Made by a program: the position numbers and the translations under genes. Shown here piece after piece: positions 49,188 through 59,362 of a DNA stretch of 64,000 nucleotides. The DNA comes from Planctomicrobium piriforme (GTDB lineage Bacteria; Planctomycetota; Planctomycetia; Pirellulales; UBA1268). The stretch is taken from NCBI GenBank assembly GCA_945871035.1, contig CAMBUD010000006.1:1859-65858 (forward strand), in the 5' to 3' direction. Position 1 is the first letter of the stretch; every line of letters begins with the position of its first letter. The notes under the pieces are model-generated. The model had not been told where the DNA came from. It saw only the letters and a list, made by a program, of their open reading frames with translations, and did no database searches.

Positions 49188-52100
49188 TCAGCGTCGGCTT
49201 TCGTGCTGCGATTCTTTTCGTAGAACTGCAGTTTGTGGACTCTCTGGGTTGCGTCTCTGCGACTGCAGTTTTTGAATGGCGGCCGAGAGCGTGGGGAAGA
49301 CCTCGCTATTCATCTCTGGATTGGAAATCGTACCATCCACATGAATAAGCATAAACTGACCGCTCGCCCCACCCAGCACGCGTTTCATAACAGGCAACTG
49401 TGTTTCCGAGTCGCCCATGATGGACCGAAAGGTCATGTGCAGATTAGAATCAAAATCGACTTCGCCATTGCCAACAAGACTGATGGCATCGCCGGAGAGC
49501 TCAATATTGTCGAGATAAGCGTGCGGCCCCTCAATGCGGAAGTCAACAAGGCTCGAGCCGAATGCATTGCGATCAGGCGACTTGATGCGCAGCATCTTGA
49601 GCAAAGATACGACGACGGGTAGTTCGTAGATGTCTGCCTCACGCAGACGCACCTGCCCGCGCCCGACGAGCGAATGTGTGCCCGAGCGAGAGCCGCTCAC
49701 TTCGAGTGCACCAAAAACTTTTCCTCGATACGCATGAGCATGTGGTGAGCTGGCAACGGGTTCAACCGCGTCGCAAGCCATGCGTTCGAGATCCGCGTTG
49801 TCGAGCGATGCGGCCACTGCAAAGGCCCCGCTTTCTCCCGACGTGACACTGCCGTCAACAAGGAGTGTGCCGTTCGCTAGGCGTGCCGCTAGCCTACGTG
49901 GTCGGCCCTGATCGTCCTTGGCTACAGCTGTCATACCAAATCGTACACCTGTGGCATCCATTGCGAGCGGCCCATGCACAGCGGTCACCTGAATGCCATG
50001 CCACATGGCGCTGTCGAGCGATAGCTCACCAGATGCCAGCCAAGACCGACCGTCGCTCTGTCCCTTTAGTCGTATTCCCCCATGCACATGTTCCAATGCA
50101 AGACCGACGTCCATTGCCCCCTGCTCCATGTCGAGTTGAATATCCCATGCAGCTGCAGGTGGTCCGGGAGTCACCTCAGCGGATCCCTTTTCGACAATGC
50201 TACGAACGGCGGCTGTTGAATAGATGTCGAGAGAGCCGGCCAAGGACAGCAGGCCTCTGGGTCGCAGTGGATTAATGGCCCGCTGCAGGCCTTCGGGGAG
50301 GGCTCGAATCACATCGTGATCGGCGCGAAAGCGATCGGCTGAGAGTCGTTCAAAAGATACATGCCAACCGCCGTCGGCGGAGAATCGGCAAGTGCCTTCT
50401 GTGGAAACGGTCGTGCGGGCGTGCACGCCGTGAATGCCCTCAAATCGTAGCAGCCCGTTTTTCCAGACCAATCGGCCGCCGAGTCGTTCGAGTCGGTAGG
50501 GAAACCAGGCGGGCTCGATAGAGACGGTGTCTGATTGCGGTGTTGCTTCAAGTTCAACATCAGTCAACCGGTTCTTGACCTGATGGCGAATAGTCGCCAG
50601 AAACTCGGCATTACCCCGTGGGTCGAGGCCATCCCAGATGCGTCGCATGCCACGCGGCAATGCGTTGCACAGTTCGCGTTCGAGGACGACCCCCGAGCCC
50701 ACCAAATGCAGCACGAGTTCCCCGTCGTCGACCCCTTTGGGTACAAGCGATCCGGTACAGCGGACAATGCCGGTGTCGTTTGATCCGCTGACGTCCTTGA
50801 TCGACCAAAGCCCACGATCCATGCGAATGGTACCGGAGACATTTGAGAGTGGATAGGGAAAGCCCGCATAGGACAGGCTGCACTGCGTGAGTTGAATGCC
50901 TAGTGAATTGGCATGGCCGGCAGGCAAATCGAGTGCTCGTTCGTGGCGAAAGACAAAGTCAAAGGTACCCGCTGCATGTAGAGTGCGCACAATGTCGGCA
51001 CTGTGTGCTGGCATGGCGGCCAACAGGCTATCGTCGATGCGCATGTTGTCGCCGCGCACTTCGACAAATCCGATCGTGCCCTTGGGCTCTGTTTGCAACG
51101 TTCCCTCCACGTGCACGGGATGACTGCCGGCCTGGCCAGTGAGGTGGATGGAGAGTGCACGACCATTGAGGACAACCGTGCCGACGGTTCGATCAAGCCG
51201 ATATGGAAACCGATAGTGAGTCAGCGAAACATTACGGCAGCGCAGCGAAACTTTGGGATCGAGCAAACCATTTCTGCGGACCACATGTGCCCGCAGGTCA
51301 ACTTCACCGGCTGGCAAGAGCTTGCGCCACTGGTCGGCAAAAGCTTGCGGCAGAAAGCCTTCCCAGTGGCGTCCCACGATTAACCTTTCGGCCTCAACAA
51401 GCAGTTCGAAATCCGACTCTCGCGACCATCCCTCTAGTCGACCGGAGCCGCGTAAAAGTGTTGAGCCCGCGTGTGCTTCGAGGCTCTCAAATTGCAGGCC
51501 GCTGCGGTCAGCCTTGAAGGCTGTTGAGACATCGCCCATAGCAAACGGCAGTGACTTGTGTTCAAAGCGTCCAGACTCCAGTCGTCCGGAGACGCTAAAC
51601 ATCGCCTGCTCGAGGGCAAGGAGTGTGCCGTTTGTTTGCCACTCCAGATCGATGTGCCCCCTCATTCCTCCGAGCCAATTGAGCTGTCCGTCGTGGTTAC
51701 CCACAGTGGCGGCCGCGGGTAGCATCGCGATCAGTCGCGGTGAAAGATCGAGTGACTCAACCCCACCGCTGAGCTCAAAGGTTCCAGCTGTCGGCGAGAT
51801 CCTGCCTTGAAAGCTTGCCCGCTCGAATAGATCACCAGTGATGCTGCCGCGGACCAAGGCCCAAGCTGTTCCCGCTGGATCGCCGGCAGTGGGCTGCACG
51901 TCGATGCCAATTTGGCGCATAGTGGTGCGCGTTCGCTGAGTTGTGTCGTCCACCAACACGGTTGCGTCTTCGACCGACAGCGGTATGATCGCAGCGGCAA
52001 CACGCTTTTTAAAAAGTTTGCTAACGTTCCACTCACCGTCTGTTTGCAGTACAGCATGCACAATAGGCCTGCATAACCGCACGGAAGTGATGTGGGGTGC

Positions 52101-52592
52101 TGCGGTTGCCAGTTGAGCCAAGTTTGTGTTGCAGGCTAGGCGGATCTCATCGATCCAGAGGATCTGCCGCCACTGCTGTGGCATGCCAGGATCGATGAGC
52201 GAGACACCCCGCACAATAATCCCCTCACCCTCGACTAGGCTGGCTCCCTGCACCTGAACAACAAAAGCAGGAAACTCCTGAGCAAGCCGTGCCTCGACAC
52301 GGATTCGCACCTGCTCCCCGATACGGTTGGAGCCAATCGCGACAGCCGCTAATACACCAGCCACCGCAAAGGGGACCATCCAACGCACAAATAACCAAAG
52401 TGTGTCAGCAAGTGATTTCACGGGATCAACCAGCGAGGAATCCTGCGCGCACGACGGTGCCAAAATTGGTGCACAGGCCGTCGTTGCCTCCACAGGGGTG
52501 GGACAGTACGCTGCCGCATGGCAAAGGGTCAAGACGCTCGCCAAGCCCCTCCGAACAGCCAGAAACATGTACCTTTCGCAGATTGCCAGCAA
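49188..52592 (-). CDS. Very large membrane-anchored envelope protein, AsmA/TamB-like
   Basis: 1134 aa with a single N-terminal TM (WMVPFAVAGVLAAVAIG). The body is long, beta-rich and low in charge. The C-terminal region (..LVGNGEVDFDSNLHMTF...MLIHVDGTISNPEM) is reminiscent of AsmA-like/DUF490 ends. The assignment is tentative. Confidence 0.5.
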   Translation of the reverse strand: MLAICERYMFLAVRRGLASVLTLCHAAAYCPTPVEATTACAPILAPSCAQDSSLVDPVKSLADTLWLFVRWMVPFAVAGVLAAVAIGSNRIGEQVRIRVEARLAQEFPAFVVQVQGASLVEGEGIIVRGVSLIDPGMPQQWRQILWIDEIRLACNTNLAQLATAAPHITSVRLCRPIVHAVLQTDGEWNVSKLFKKRVAAAIIPLSVEDATVLVDDTTQRTRTTMRQIGIDVQPTAGDPAGTAWALVRGSITGDLFERASFQGRISPTAGTFELSGGVESLDLSPRLIAMLPAAATVGNHDGQLNWLGGMRGHIDLEWQTNGTLLALEQAMFSVSGRLESGRFEHKSLPFAMGDVSTAFKADRSGLQFESLEAHAGSTLLRGSGRLEGWSRESDFELLVEAERLIVGRHWEGFLPQAFADQWRKLLPAGEVDLRAHVVRRNGLLDPKVSLRCRNVSLTHYRFPYRLDRTVGTVVLNGRALSIHLTGQAGSHPVHVEGTLQTEPKGTIGFVEVRGDNMRIDDSLLAAMPAHSADIVRTLHAAGTFDFVFRHERALDLPAGHANSLGIQLTQCSLSYAGFPYPLSNVSGTIRMDRGLWSIKDVSGSNDTGIVRCTGSLVPKGVDDGELVLHLVGSGVVLERELCNALPRGMRRIWDGLDPRGNAEFLATIRHQVKNRLTDVELEATPQSDTVSIEPAWFPYRLERLGGRLVWKNGLLRFEGIHGVHARTTVSTEGTCRFSADGGWHVSFERLSADRFRADHDVIRALPEGLQRAINPLRPRGLLSLAGSLDIYSTAAVRSIVEKGSAEVTPGPPAAAWDIQLDMEQGAMDVGLALEHVHGGIRLKGQSDGRSWLASGELSLDSAMWHGIQVTAVHGPLAMDATGVRFGMTAVAKDDQGRPRRLAARLANGTLLVDGSVTSGESGAFAVAASLDNADLERMACDAVEPVASSPHAHAYRGKVFGALEVSGSRSGTHSLVGRGQVRLREADIYELPVVVSLLKMLRIKSPDRNAFGSSLVDFRIEGPHAYLDNIELSGDAISLVGNGEVDFDSNLHMTFRSIMGDSETQLPVMKRVLGGASGQFMLIHVDGTISNPEMNSEVFPTLSAAIQKLQSQRRNPESPQTAVLRKESQHESRR

Positions 52593-52710
52593 TTGCTATA
52601 GTCGTGCCTCTTCTACAGATCTATGCGGAGGGGTCAGTGGGTTTACTCGACTGATGCACCTTCTCTTGCCTCTTCTCATGCACCTTCTCATTGAAACGGA
52701 ATGAAAAAAT

Positions 52711-54417
52711 ATGATGCCAACGCATCCAGCAGGCGACCGGAACGAATCGCAGCGCACCCCTCATGCGCAGCGGCTGTTATGGGCTGGTTTCATGGCGATC
52801 CTTGCCGCCGGAGTGGGCTTTTCAATCCGGGCTGGCATTCTCGGTCAGTGGGCCGAGCAGTATGGATTCACGCAGACTGAACTCGGCACGATCACCGGAG
52901 GCGGTCTCACCGGCTTCGGCATCATCATTCTGCTTTCAAGCTTGATTGCCGATCGAATTGGTTTTGGTCCACTGATGTTCCTCGCATTCCTCATGCACTT
53001 GGTGTCGGCAGCTCTCACGCTTGGAACGGGTGCCGCCTACGCCGCTGGCGGTAAGCCATTGGCCTTTCAATGTCTTTTTTGGGGCATGTTTCTCTTTGCA
53101 ATAGGCAACGGCATTGCGGAAGCAGTCGTCAATCCTCTCGTCGCAACGCTGTTCCCAAAAAATAAAACGCACTACCTCAACATTCTTCATGCGGGCTGGC
53201 CGGGTGGTTTGATCATTGGTGGATTGGCGAGCTACTTCATGGCGGGTGATGCATTACAGCGGCCCGTTGCTTGGGAGATTCAGATCTCGTTGTTTCTTTT
53301 GCCAGTCGTTCTTTACGGGCTCATGATGATCGGTCAGCGATTTCCAAAATCTGAGGCAAGTACATCCGGCGTTGCCTACCGTGACATGCTCGGCGAACTG
53401 GGCCTCATTGGTGCCGCCGTCATTTGTGGACTCCTTGCACTGTTTTTCAAGAGCGACCTTGGGCTCGAGCCGATTGTGGCTGGTGGCATTGCTGCCGGGT
53501 TGCTAGTCGTCTTTGGTCTTACAACAGGCTTTCGCTTCGGACATCTGTTGCTCGCATCGCTCCTTGTGATTCATGCAATGGTCGGCTACGTGGAGCTCGG
53601 CACAGATTCTTGGATTTCCAAGATCACGGGCACAATCATGAATAGCCCTGCCAACGGGCTGCTTCTTTTTGTCTACACATCCGGACTCATGTTCATCTTG
53701 CGATTTTTTGCCGGTCCCATCGTGGAAAAGATTTCACCGCTGGGCCTCTTGGCCGTATCGGCGCTCTTTGGTGCCGCTGGCCTTACGCTGCTGGGGTATG
53801 CCGAGGGGGCGATCATGTGCATTGTGGCGGCGACTGTGTATGGCATAGGCAAGACATTTCTCTGGCCGACCATGCTGGCGGTTGTAAGCGAACAGTTCCC
53901 TAAGGGGGGCGCGATCACGATGGGTGCGGCCGGTGGTGTCGGCATGTTGGCAGCCGGACTGTTGGGGGGACCGGGCATTGGCTTTCTTCAAGATCAGAAT
54001 GCATCGGCTCATTTGCAGCAGGCCAATCCGGCCGTTTTCGATCGCTACAAGGCACCAAAAGAAAACGAGTTTCTTTGGCTAAAGACAGTAGGCCTTGATG
54101 GGAAAAAAGTTGGTGTGCTCGAAGATGGTGGCAAAGAGGCAGAGCGTGCCCTTGAATTGATTGAAAAAGAGCAGAAAGAGCAGTCCAAGTCGGGAGCGAT
54201 TGAAGGCCAGCAAACACTTGTGGCGTGGTGGAATGAGACAGCTCGTTCAACAGCCGAGACCGACAAGCCGCTTGTGGAGGCTGCCGGGTTGTTCGGTGGA
54301 CGCGAAGCACTGAAAGCTACGGCTTTTGTACCAGCTACGATGTTTATCTGCTATCTGCTGCTGCTGGTCTGGTTTCGCATGCGTGGCGGTTATCAAGCCC
54401 GTGGCATGCAGCACTGA
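52711..54417 (+). CDS. MFS-type transporter with a roughly 120-aa hydrophilic insertion before the last TM
   Basis: 568 aa with multiple TM segments and Gly-rich MFS-like helices. The substrate is unknown. Confidence 0.65.
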   Translation: MMPTHPAGDRNESQRTPHAQRLLWAGFMAILAAGVGFSIRAGILGQWAEQYGFTQTELGTITGGGLTGFGIIILLSSLIADRIGFGPLMFLAFLMHLVSAALTLGTGAAYAAGGKPLAFQCLFWGMFLFAIGNGIAEAVVNPLVATLFPKNKTHYLNILHAGWPGGLIIGGLASYFMAGDALQRPVAWEIQISLFLLPVVLYGLMMIGQRFPKSEASTSGVAYRDMLGELGLIGAAVICGLLALFFKSDLGLEPIVAGGIAAGLLVVFGLTTGFRFGHLLLASLLVIHAMVGYVELGTDSWISKITGTIMNSPANGLLLFVYTSGLMFILRFFAGPIVEKISPLGLLAVSALFGAAGLTLLGYAEGAIMCIVAATVYGIGKTFLWPTMLAVVSEQFPKGGAITMGAAGGVGMLAAGLLGGPGIGFLQDQNASAHLQQANPAVFDRYKAPKENEFLWLKTVGLDGKKVGVLEDGGKEAERALELIEKEQKEQSKSGAIEGQQTLVAWWNETARSTAETDKPLVEAAGLFGGREALKATAFVPATMFICYLLLLVWFRMRGGYQARGMQH

Positions 54418-54485
54418 AGCAGGCGGAATACAAGCGCACTGAAGTAGGCTGAGTACAAGCGCACTGAAGCAGGCTGAATACAAGC
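54411..54485. repeat. 25-bp tandem repeat x3 (GCACTGAAGyAGGCkGArTACAAGC)
   Basis: Read directly. Units are 54411-54435, 54436-54460 and 54461-54485, with 2-3 mismatches between them. The first unit contains the MFS gene stop codon (TGA 54415-54417). Confidence 0.9.
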
Positions 54486-54517
54486 GCTGTGTCTGCGATA
54501 AAAATTGATTGAGCGGC

Positions 54518-55600
54518 TCAATTCTCGCGAGTCACCTCAACCACCCCAGCGCTGATGATCCGCGATCGCATCCCACCGGGCAGATCGATGGCTGCTCTGC
54601 GAGGCATGGCTGAATGACGCAGGGAGGCCATGTCTGCCATGTCTGCTGCAATGCATGCCATGTCTGCTAAGGCTGCGTAGTGCCGAGCCGTCATGTCGCG
54701 ACGTGGCCAGTTCTCACGCCGCCAGAGCGATACAAAGATCTCAGCCACAAGATGACGGTCAAGACTCGAGAGCGCAGCGGTTTGCAGAAGCACATTGCCA
54801 CCGGCATGACGCTGCGCATAGATGTCGAGCAGATGGTCGGCGGCACTGGCGAGAGCAGCGGCCACAAGCGACGCTTGCCGCCCAAGTCGCGTCAGCGATT
54901 CGGCAGCCGCCGGATAGAAACCGGCGGCTAGTGGGGCTAGGATTTCATGGCGGAGAAAATTTCTGGCGTACCGGATGTCAGTGTTGGAATGGTCCTCGCA
55001 CCAAGGCTGAGCAATCTCGACCAGATAGTGCCGTACAGTCTCACGCCGCATCTGTAGCAATGGTCGCATCAGCGCCACCCCAGCGCAGAGTTCGCGTGCC
55101 GTCGCCATCCCTCCGAGGCCAGCTAAACCGGTGCCTCGTAAGGCACGATGCAGGATTGTTTCGGCCTGGTCATCGGCCGTATGTGCTACCACAACATGCC
55201 GCGCGCCAGTCTCGTGGGCGACGTCTGCAAAGAAGGCGTAACGCAGTTCGCGAGCACGAGATTCAACCCCGTTGCTGTGCCGATCGTGATGGTCACCGAG
55301 AGGTAGATCCCGCCATAAGAATGTCAGACCTAGCCGCTGGGCAAGGCTCTCAACAAACGCTCTGTCGGCGCCTGCTTGTGTGCGCAGATCGTGTTGCGCA
55401 TGAACAACGATAAGCGAAGGTTTCTTCGTCTGTGTAGAAGCGATGTCGCAGATGCCCAACAACAGCGCAACACTGTCTGCACCCCCCGAAACGCCGATGA
55501 TAATCGGGGCAGACCAAAAACCTGCGGCCATGAGTTCATGCGCTAGCCCTGGCAGAAAAGCGTCGGATGTGCTGGCAGTGACTAAGCCATGCGTCTTCAT
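54518..55600 (-). CDS. tilS: tRNA(Ile)-lysidine synthase
   Basis: PP-loop IIIGVSGGADSVALLL, and HTADDQAETILHRALRG. Confidence 0.88.
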   Translation of the reverse strand: MKTHGLVTASTSDAFLPGLAHELMAAGFWSAPIIIGVSGGADSVALLLGICDIASTQTKKPSLIVVHAQHDLRTQAGADRAFVESLAQRLGLTFLWRDLPLGDHHDRHSNGVESRARELRYAFFADVAHETGARHVVVAHTADDQAETILHRALRGTGLAGLGGMATARELCAGVALMRPLLQMRRETVRHYLVEIAQPWCEDHSNTDIRYARNFLRHEILAPLAAGFYPAAAESLTRLGRQASLVAAALASAADHLLDIYAQRHAGGNVLLQTAALSSLDRHLVAEIFVSLWRRENWPRRDMTARHYAALADMACIAADMADMASLRHSAMPRRAAIDLPGGMRSRIISAGVVEVTREN

Positions 55601-55731
55601 ACAAAATGTCTGTCAGAAAATGACTGATCACCTTTGGCTACGGCAGCCAAACATAGAGTGTTGCAGCTCGGCACGAGAAGAAAAGTGTACCCGTTTTGTC
55701 GAGCGCATTTCTCGTCGAGGACTTGAAGCTG

Positions 55732-56883
55732 TCACTGCGGTGTGAGAGATCTACCCTTCCATCGCGCCTGAAAGCCCAGGAGACGACGCAGCAGGCTGAA
55801 CCACTGAATGCTTAAGAGCACGGCAATTCCCAGTGGGTGCATGACGGCACTGCCTAGGCTTTGGCCATACCGGATAGCCTCTAGAAAGCGGGGCAGCAAT
55901 GAGCAGACAACTGCAAGACAGGCAACCGCAATAGCCCACTGCGGCCAGCCCTGCCAGCCAGCGAACAATCCCCAGACAACCAGCGTGAGCGGCAGGAGTT
56001 GTCCACCGAATAATAGCAACGTAAATGGGAGGATGGTGGTTGGTGAACCGATCCCTTCTGTGGCATTCTTTGCAAGGCCTTTAAGCACATCTAAGTCGCA
56101 CGTGTACATCCGGCAGGTGGCGATATCGCTGGCATCAAAAATATCAGTTCGGATTTTAGCGCAGCGGTAAGCACGCGGCAACTTTATTCCGTCGTGCAGG
56201 GACGCACGAATGCCGGCGTGACCACCAGCCTGCAGGTAGGCATCGCGATGTGTAATGAACAACTGACCGCAGCCCGCGGCCATGCTGGGGGAATTATGGC
56301 GGCGGCTTTGTGCCAGTGGCAGGAACCCAAGCAAAACAAAGTGGATCAAGGGCAGCAGCAGCCAGTCCCCAAACGAGCTTGTCAATTGGAGTGGAAATCC
56401 GCTGACAAGACCTGCCTTTGACTGCTCCAAAAACGCCAGACTGCGGGCGATGGCGTCTGGCTTCAGGAGCACATCCGCATCGATAAAAACCCATGTGTTG
56501 TGTCGTGCAGCGGCGGCAAGTTGCGCACAGGCGTGTTGCTTGCCGCACCAACCCGGAACAAGCATTTTACCAGGCAGCAGACGCACGCGCGCGTCTTGGT
56601 TTGCCAGTTGAGAAACGATCGCAGTTGTAGCGTCCTGGCTGTTGTCGTCGAGCACAATGAGTTCGAGTTCAACGCTCTCGCTGGCAAGAATAGCGCGAGC
56701 CATGCGTTCGATTCCGATTGCTTCATTGCGCGCCGGTACGAGCACGGAAACCTGGGGCAGCGGTGCACTGGATGGTGGCTGTGGGGCACGCACAAAAAGG
56801 CGCAGATTCACGATTGTAAGCAGAGTGGGAATGGCCGCCAGCACCAGCGCAAGTCCAGAGAGCATGCCAATCAACAGGTTCAT
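55732..56883 (-). CDS. Family-2 glycosyltransferase, membrane-bound; candidate carotenoid glycosyltransferase (CruC/CrtQ-like)
   Basis: GT-A motifs VSVLVPARNE and LIVLDDNSQD. Several C-terminal TM helices. It overlaps the upstream acyltransferase by 4 nt and lies in an operon with two CrtI-family genes. Confidence 0.65.
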   Translation of the reverse strand: MNLLIGMLSGLALVLAAIPTLLTIVNLRLFVRAPQPPSSAPLPQVSVLVPARNEAIGIERMARAILASESVELELIVLDDNSQDATTAIVSQLANQDARVRLLPGKMLVPGWCGKQHACAQLAAAARHNTWVFIDADVLLKPDAIARSLAFLEQSKAGLVSGFPLQLTSSFGDWLLLPLIHFVLLGFLPLAQSRRHNSPSMAAGCGQLFITHRDAYLQAGGHAGIRASLHDGIKLPRAYRCAKIRTDIFDASDIATCRMYTCDLDVLKGLAKNATEGIGSPTTILPFTLLLFGGQLLPLTLVVWGLFAGWQGWPQWAIAVACLAVVCSLLPRFLEAIRYGQSLGSAVMHPLGIAVLLSIQWFSLLRRLLGFQARWKGRSLTPQ

Positions 56884-57764
56884 GGCTGCGTTCCAGCAGC
56901 GGATTGCTCGCCACCGTGTGAGGCATCAAACCGCTCACCACGTCTCCAGGCACCGATACGGCGAATGAAATCATAGACACCGCCAACACCGGCACGACCT
57001 GAGAGGACTGTAGTAAACGCTTGTGGGTCCCGGCGCTTGGCTGCCGCAGCAAGACGATCCTGGGTTGCTTCAAGAGCATCAGCCAGCACCCGATTCCATT
57101 CCTTCGCATCGCGGTGTGGAGCATCGGCAATGCGTAGAGCCTCTCCGAACGCGACCAACACTTCCGGCGAACGCTCATTCCAGAAAGGGTATTCGATCAC
57201 ACACGGCACGACGAGTCCGGCAGACGCTCGTTCTACGGCGTGTCCAACGCCGGGCCGAATGTGTATGGGCCGTGCGCGTGGATCACAGAATTCACCTTGA
57301 GAAGTGATCCAGAAAACGACGTCGTTACGGCTATTTGCAGCGTGTGCCATTCGGAGAAAGCGTGCTGCACCGGCCCAGGTATTTGGCTCGATGCCAATAA
57401 AACCGATTTGTTGCAAAAATTTATATTTACTGAGTGCCTTGGCGTCGATCGGTCCATAGTTGAGCCGATCTGGATAGAGGTATTTACCGAGGCTCAGAAA
57501 AACCAGTGGATCCCACCAACTGGGATGGTTGGTGCAGAAAAAGACCGGTTCGTTGGCAATGTTTGGATAGTCATCCGTGCTTTGGGAGTTGCTACCCAGG
57601 CTGTTTTTTAATAATCGTACAGCGTGGAAGTGTCGGCGCATGTACCAGCGCACGTAAAACATGAACCAACCGTTGAGCGACCGTGAGAACGGTGGCAGTT
57701 CGTGTTTGAGAATTGGGGCTATTTGCCGTGTTGTAATTGTGGACATGCTGGCAAAAGAGCCCAA
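56880..57764 (-). CDS. Lysophospholipid-acyltransferase-family protein; candidate carotenoid-glycoside acyltransferase (CruD-like)
   Basis: HX4D motif in FFCTNHPSWWDPLVF. 294 aa. It starts 8 nt after the upstream desaturase stop. Confidence 0.6.
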   Translation of the reverse strand: MGSFASMSTITTRQIAPILKHELPPFSRSLNGWFMFYVRWYMRRHFHAVRLLKNSLGSNSQSTDDYPNIANEPVFFCTNHPSWWDPLVFLSLGKYLYPDRLNYGPIDAKALSKYKFLQQIGFIGIEPNTWAGAARFLRMAHAANSRNDVVFWITSQGEFCDPRARPIHIRPGVGHAVERASAGLVVPCVIEYPFWNERSPEVLVAFGEALRIADAPHRDAKEWNRVLADALEATQDRLAAAAKRRDPQAFTTVLSGRAGVGGVYDFIRRIGAWRRGERFDASHGGEQSAAGTQP

Positions 57765-57772
57765 AAGGCGTG

Positions 57773-59362
57773 TCAGACAGCGCAGGGTACCGAAGGCTTA
57801 GCAGCAGAGGACTGCTCCACTATTTTGTCTTGATCGATGCAGTCGGCGGCGATCCAACCAGACATCAGCACCATCGGCATGCCGGGCCCGGGGTGGGCCG
57901 ATCCGCCCGCCATGTAGAGCCCCTCGATATCGGGTGACCGGTTGGCCGGTTTAAACGCCCCCAGAAACTTTCCGTGACTGGCAAGGCCATAAATTGCACC
58001 GTTGAGTACGTGATACCGGTCGTGAATATCCTGTGGTGTGAGCGCTTTTTCAAAAACGATGTGTCGCTCAAGGTCTTTCATTCCTGCTGTTTGCTCGAGC
58101 TTATCGATGATGCGTCGTCGATAGGCAGGAAACATTTTTGACCAGTCGTGATGCGGTCGCAGATAGGGCGTATGCACCAGAACGTACAGGGCTTCGCCAC
58201 CAGCAGGCGCGACATCGGGTTCAGTGATTGCCGGTGCACACACATAAGCCGTTGGATCGGCAGCTGGTTCACCGCGTCGATAGATTGCTTCAAACTCTTC
58301 GTGCGGATCGGCAGAGAAAATAAAGTTGTGGTGGAGGAGTTGCTCGTAGCGCTTGTCGAGCCCAAGATACAGGACAACTCCCGAGCAGGCTGGCTCATAC
58401 TTGCGCCGATTCAAGAAGCGGCTGCGAGATGGTTCGGCAATGAGTTCACGATGAGTGCGCACACTGTCAGAATTACTGATCACAGCAGCAGCGGCGATTG
58501 TTTCGCCCTGCTCCGTCTCAATGCCCTGCACGCGACCATTCTCCACAATGATTCGTCGCACAGAAGTGCGGGTTAAGATTTCCACGCCGAGATCAATGGC
58601 TAGGTTGGCCAGTGCTCGCGGTACAGCCCCAGTGCCACCGCGAGGATACCAGACGCCTTCGCGGGCTTGCATGTGGGCAATGCCGCAAAGCACAGCCGGC
58701 GATGCGTCTGGTGCGCTGCCGACATACTGGGTGAAATGATCGAGCATTTGTGCTGCCCGCTCGTCACTGACAAAGGACCGCACTGTACCGGCCACGCTGC
58801 GACCTAATCGCATGCCCATCACATCTTTCACGATCGAAAGCGTGAGGCCGCGACGTGGATCAAACATGTCTTTCACGCCACCGACTGAGCGCCAAAAAAA
58901 GAAATCGTTTGACAGGCGATGGAGGCGTTGCGACAGTTCCATAAACCGCACATAGCCATCACCGGCCCCGCTGTCCGGAGCGTAGGCATCGAGCGTGGCC
59001 CGCATGCGAGCAACATCCGCGACAAGATCAAGCGTTGAGCCATCAGTGAAAAAACTCCGCCACTGTGGATCGAGAGGCACTAAATCCAGAGCACTCTCCA
59101 GCTCGCGGCCAGCTTCAGCAAAAATCCGCTTCAAAACGCCCGGAATCGTCAGGATCGTCGGTCCCATGTCAAACCGAAAGCCACACTCCGAAAGCACGGC
59201 TGCCTTGCCCCCAACCCAAGAATTTTTTTCGCAGAGCGTAACAGCATAGCCGCGGGCCGCAAGCGTGCAGGCCGCAGCGAGTCCACCTAGGCCGCCGCCA
59301 ATCACCACCACACGGTTTTTATTCACACTACCGTTTTTGAGCTGGGGTTTTTTAGTCACCAT
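57773..59362 (-). CDS. Phytoene desaturase-family FAD oxidoreductase (CrtI/CrtN/CrtP/CrtD type)
   Basis: Dinucleotide fold VVVIGGGLGGLAAACTLAARGYAVTLCEKNSWVGGKA, FDMGPT, and the C-terminal YMAGGSAHPGPGMPMVLMSG signature. Confidence 0.85.
   Translation of the reverse strand: MVTKKPQLKNGSVNKNRVVVIGGGLGGLAAACTLAARGYAVTLCEKNSWVGGKAAVLSECGFRFDMGPTILTIPGVLKRIFAEAGRELESALDLVPLDPQWRSFFTDGSTLDLVADVARMRATLDAYAPDSGAGDGYVRFMELSQRLHRLSNDFFFWRSVGGVKDMFDPRRGLTLSIVKDVMGMRLGRSVAGTVRSFVSDERAAQMLDHFTQYVGSAPDASPAVLCGIAHMQAREGVWYPRGGTGAVPRALANLAIDLGVEILTRTSVRRIIVENGRVQGIETEQGETIAAAAVISNSDSVRTHRELIAEPSRSRFLNRRKYEPACSGVVLYLGLDKRYEQLLHHNFIFSADPHEEFEAIYRRGEPAADPTAYVCAPAITEPDVAPAGGEALYVLVHTPYLRPHHDWSKMFPAYRRRIIDKLEQTAGMKDLERHIVFEKALTPQDIHDRYHVLNGAIYGLASHGKFLGAFKPANRSPDIEGLYMAGGSAHPGPGMPMVLMSGWIAADCIDQDKIVEQSSAAKPSVPCAV

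Noticed and set aside
54411-54485. Possible CRISPR-like array, since it contains regular repeats.
   Set aside because: The units are directly contiguous with no spacers, there are only three copies, there are no cas genes, and the first unit is inside a coding sequence.
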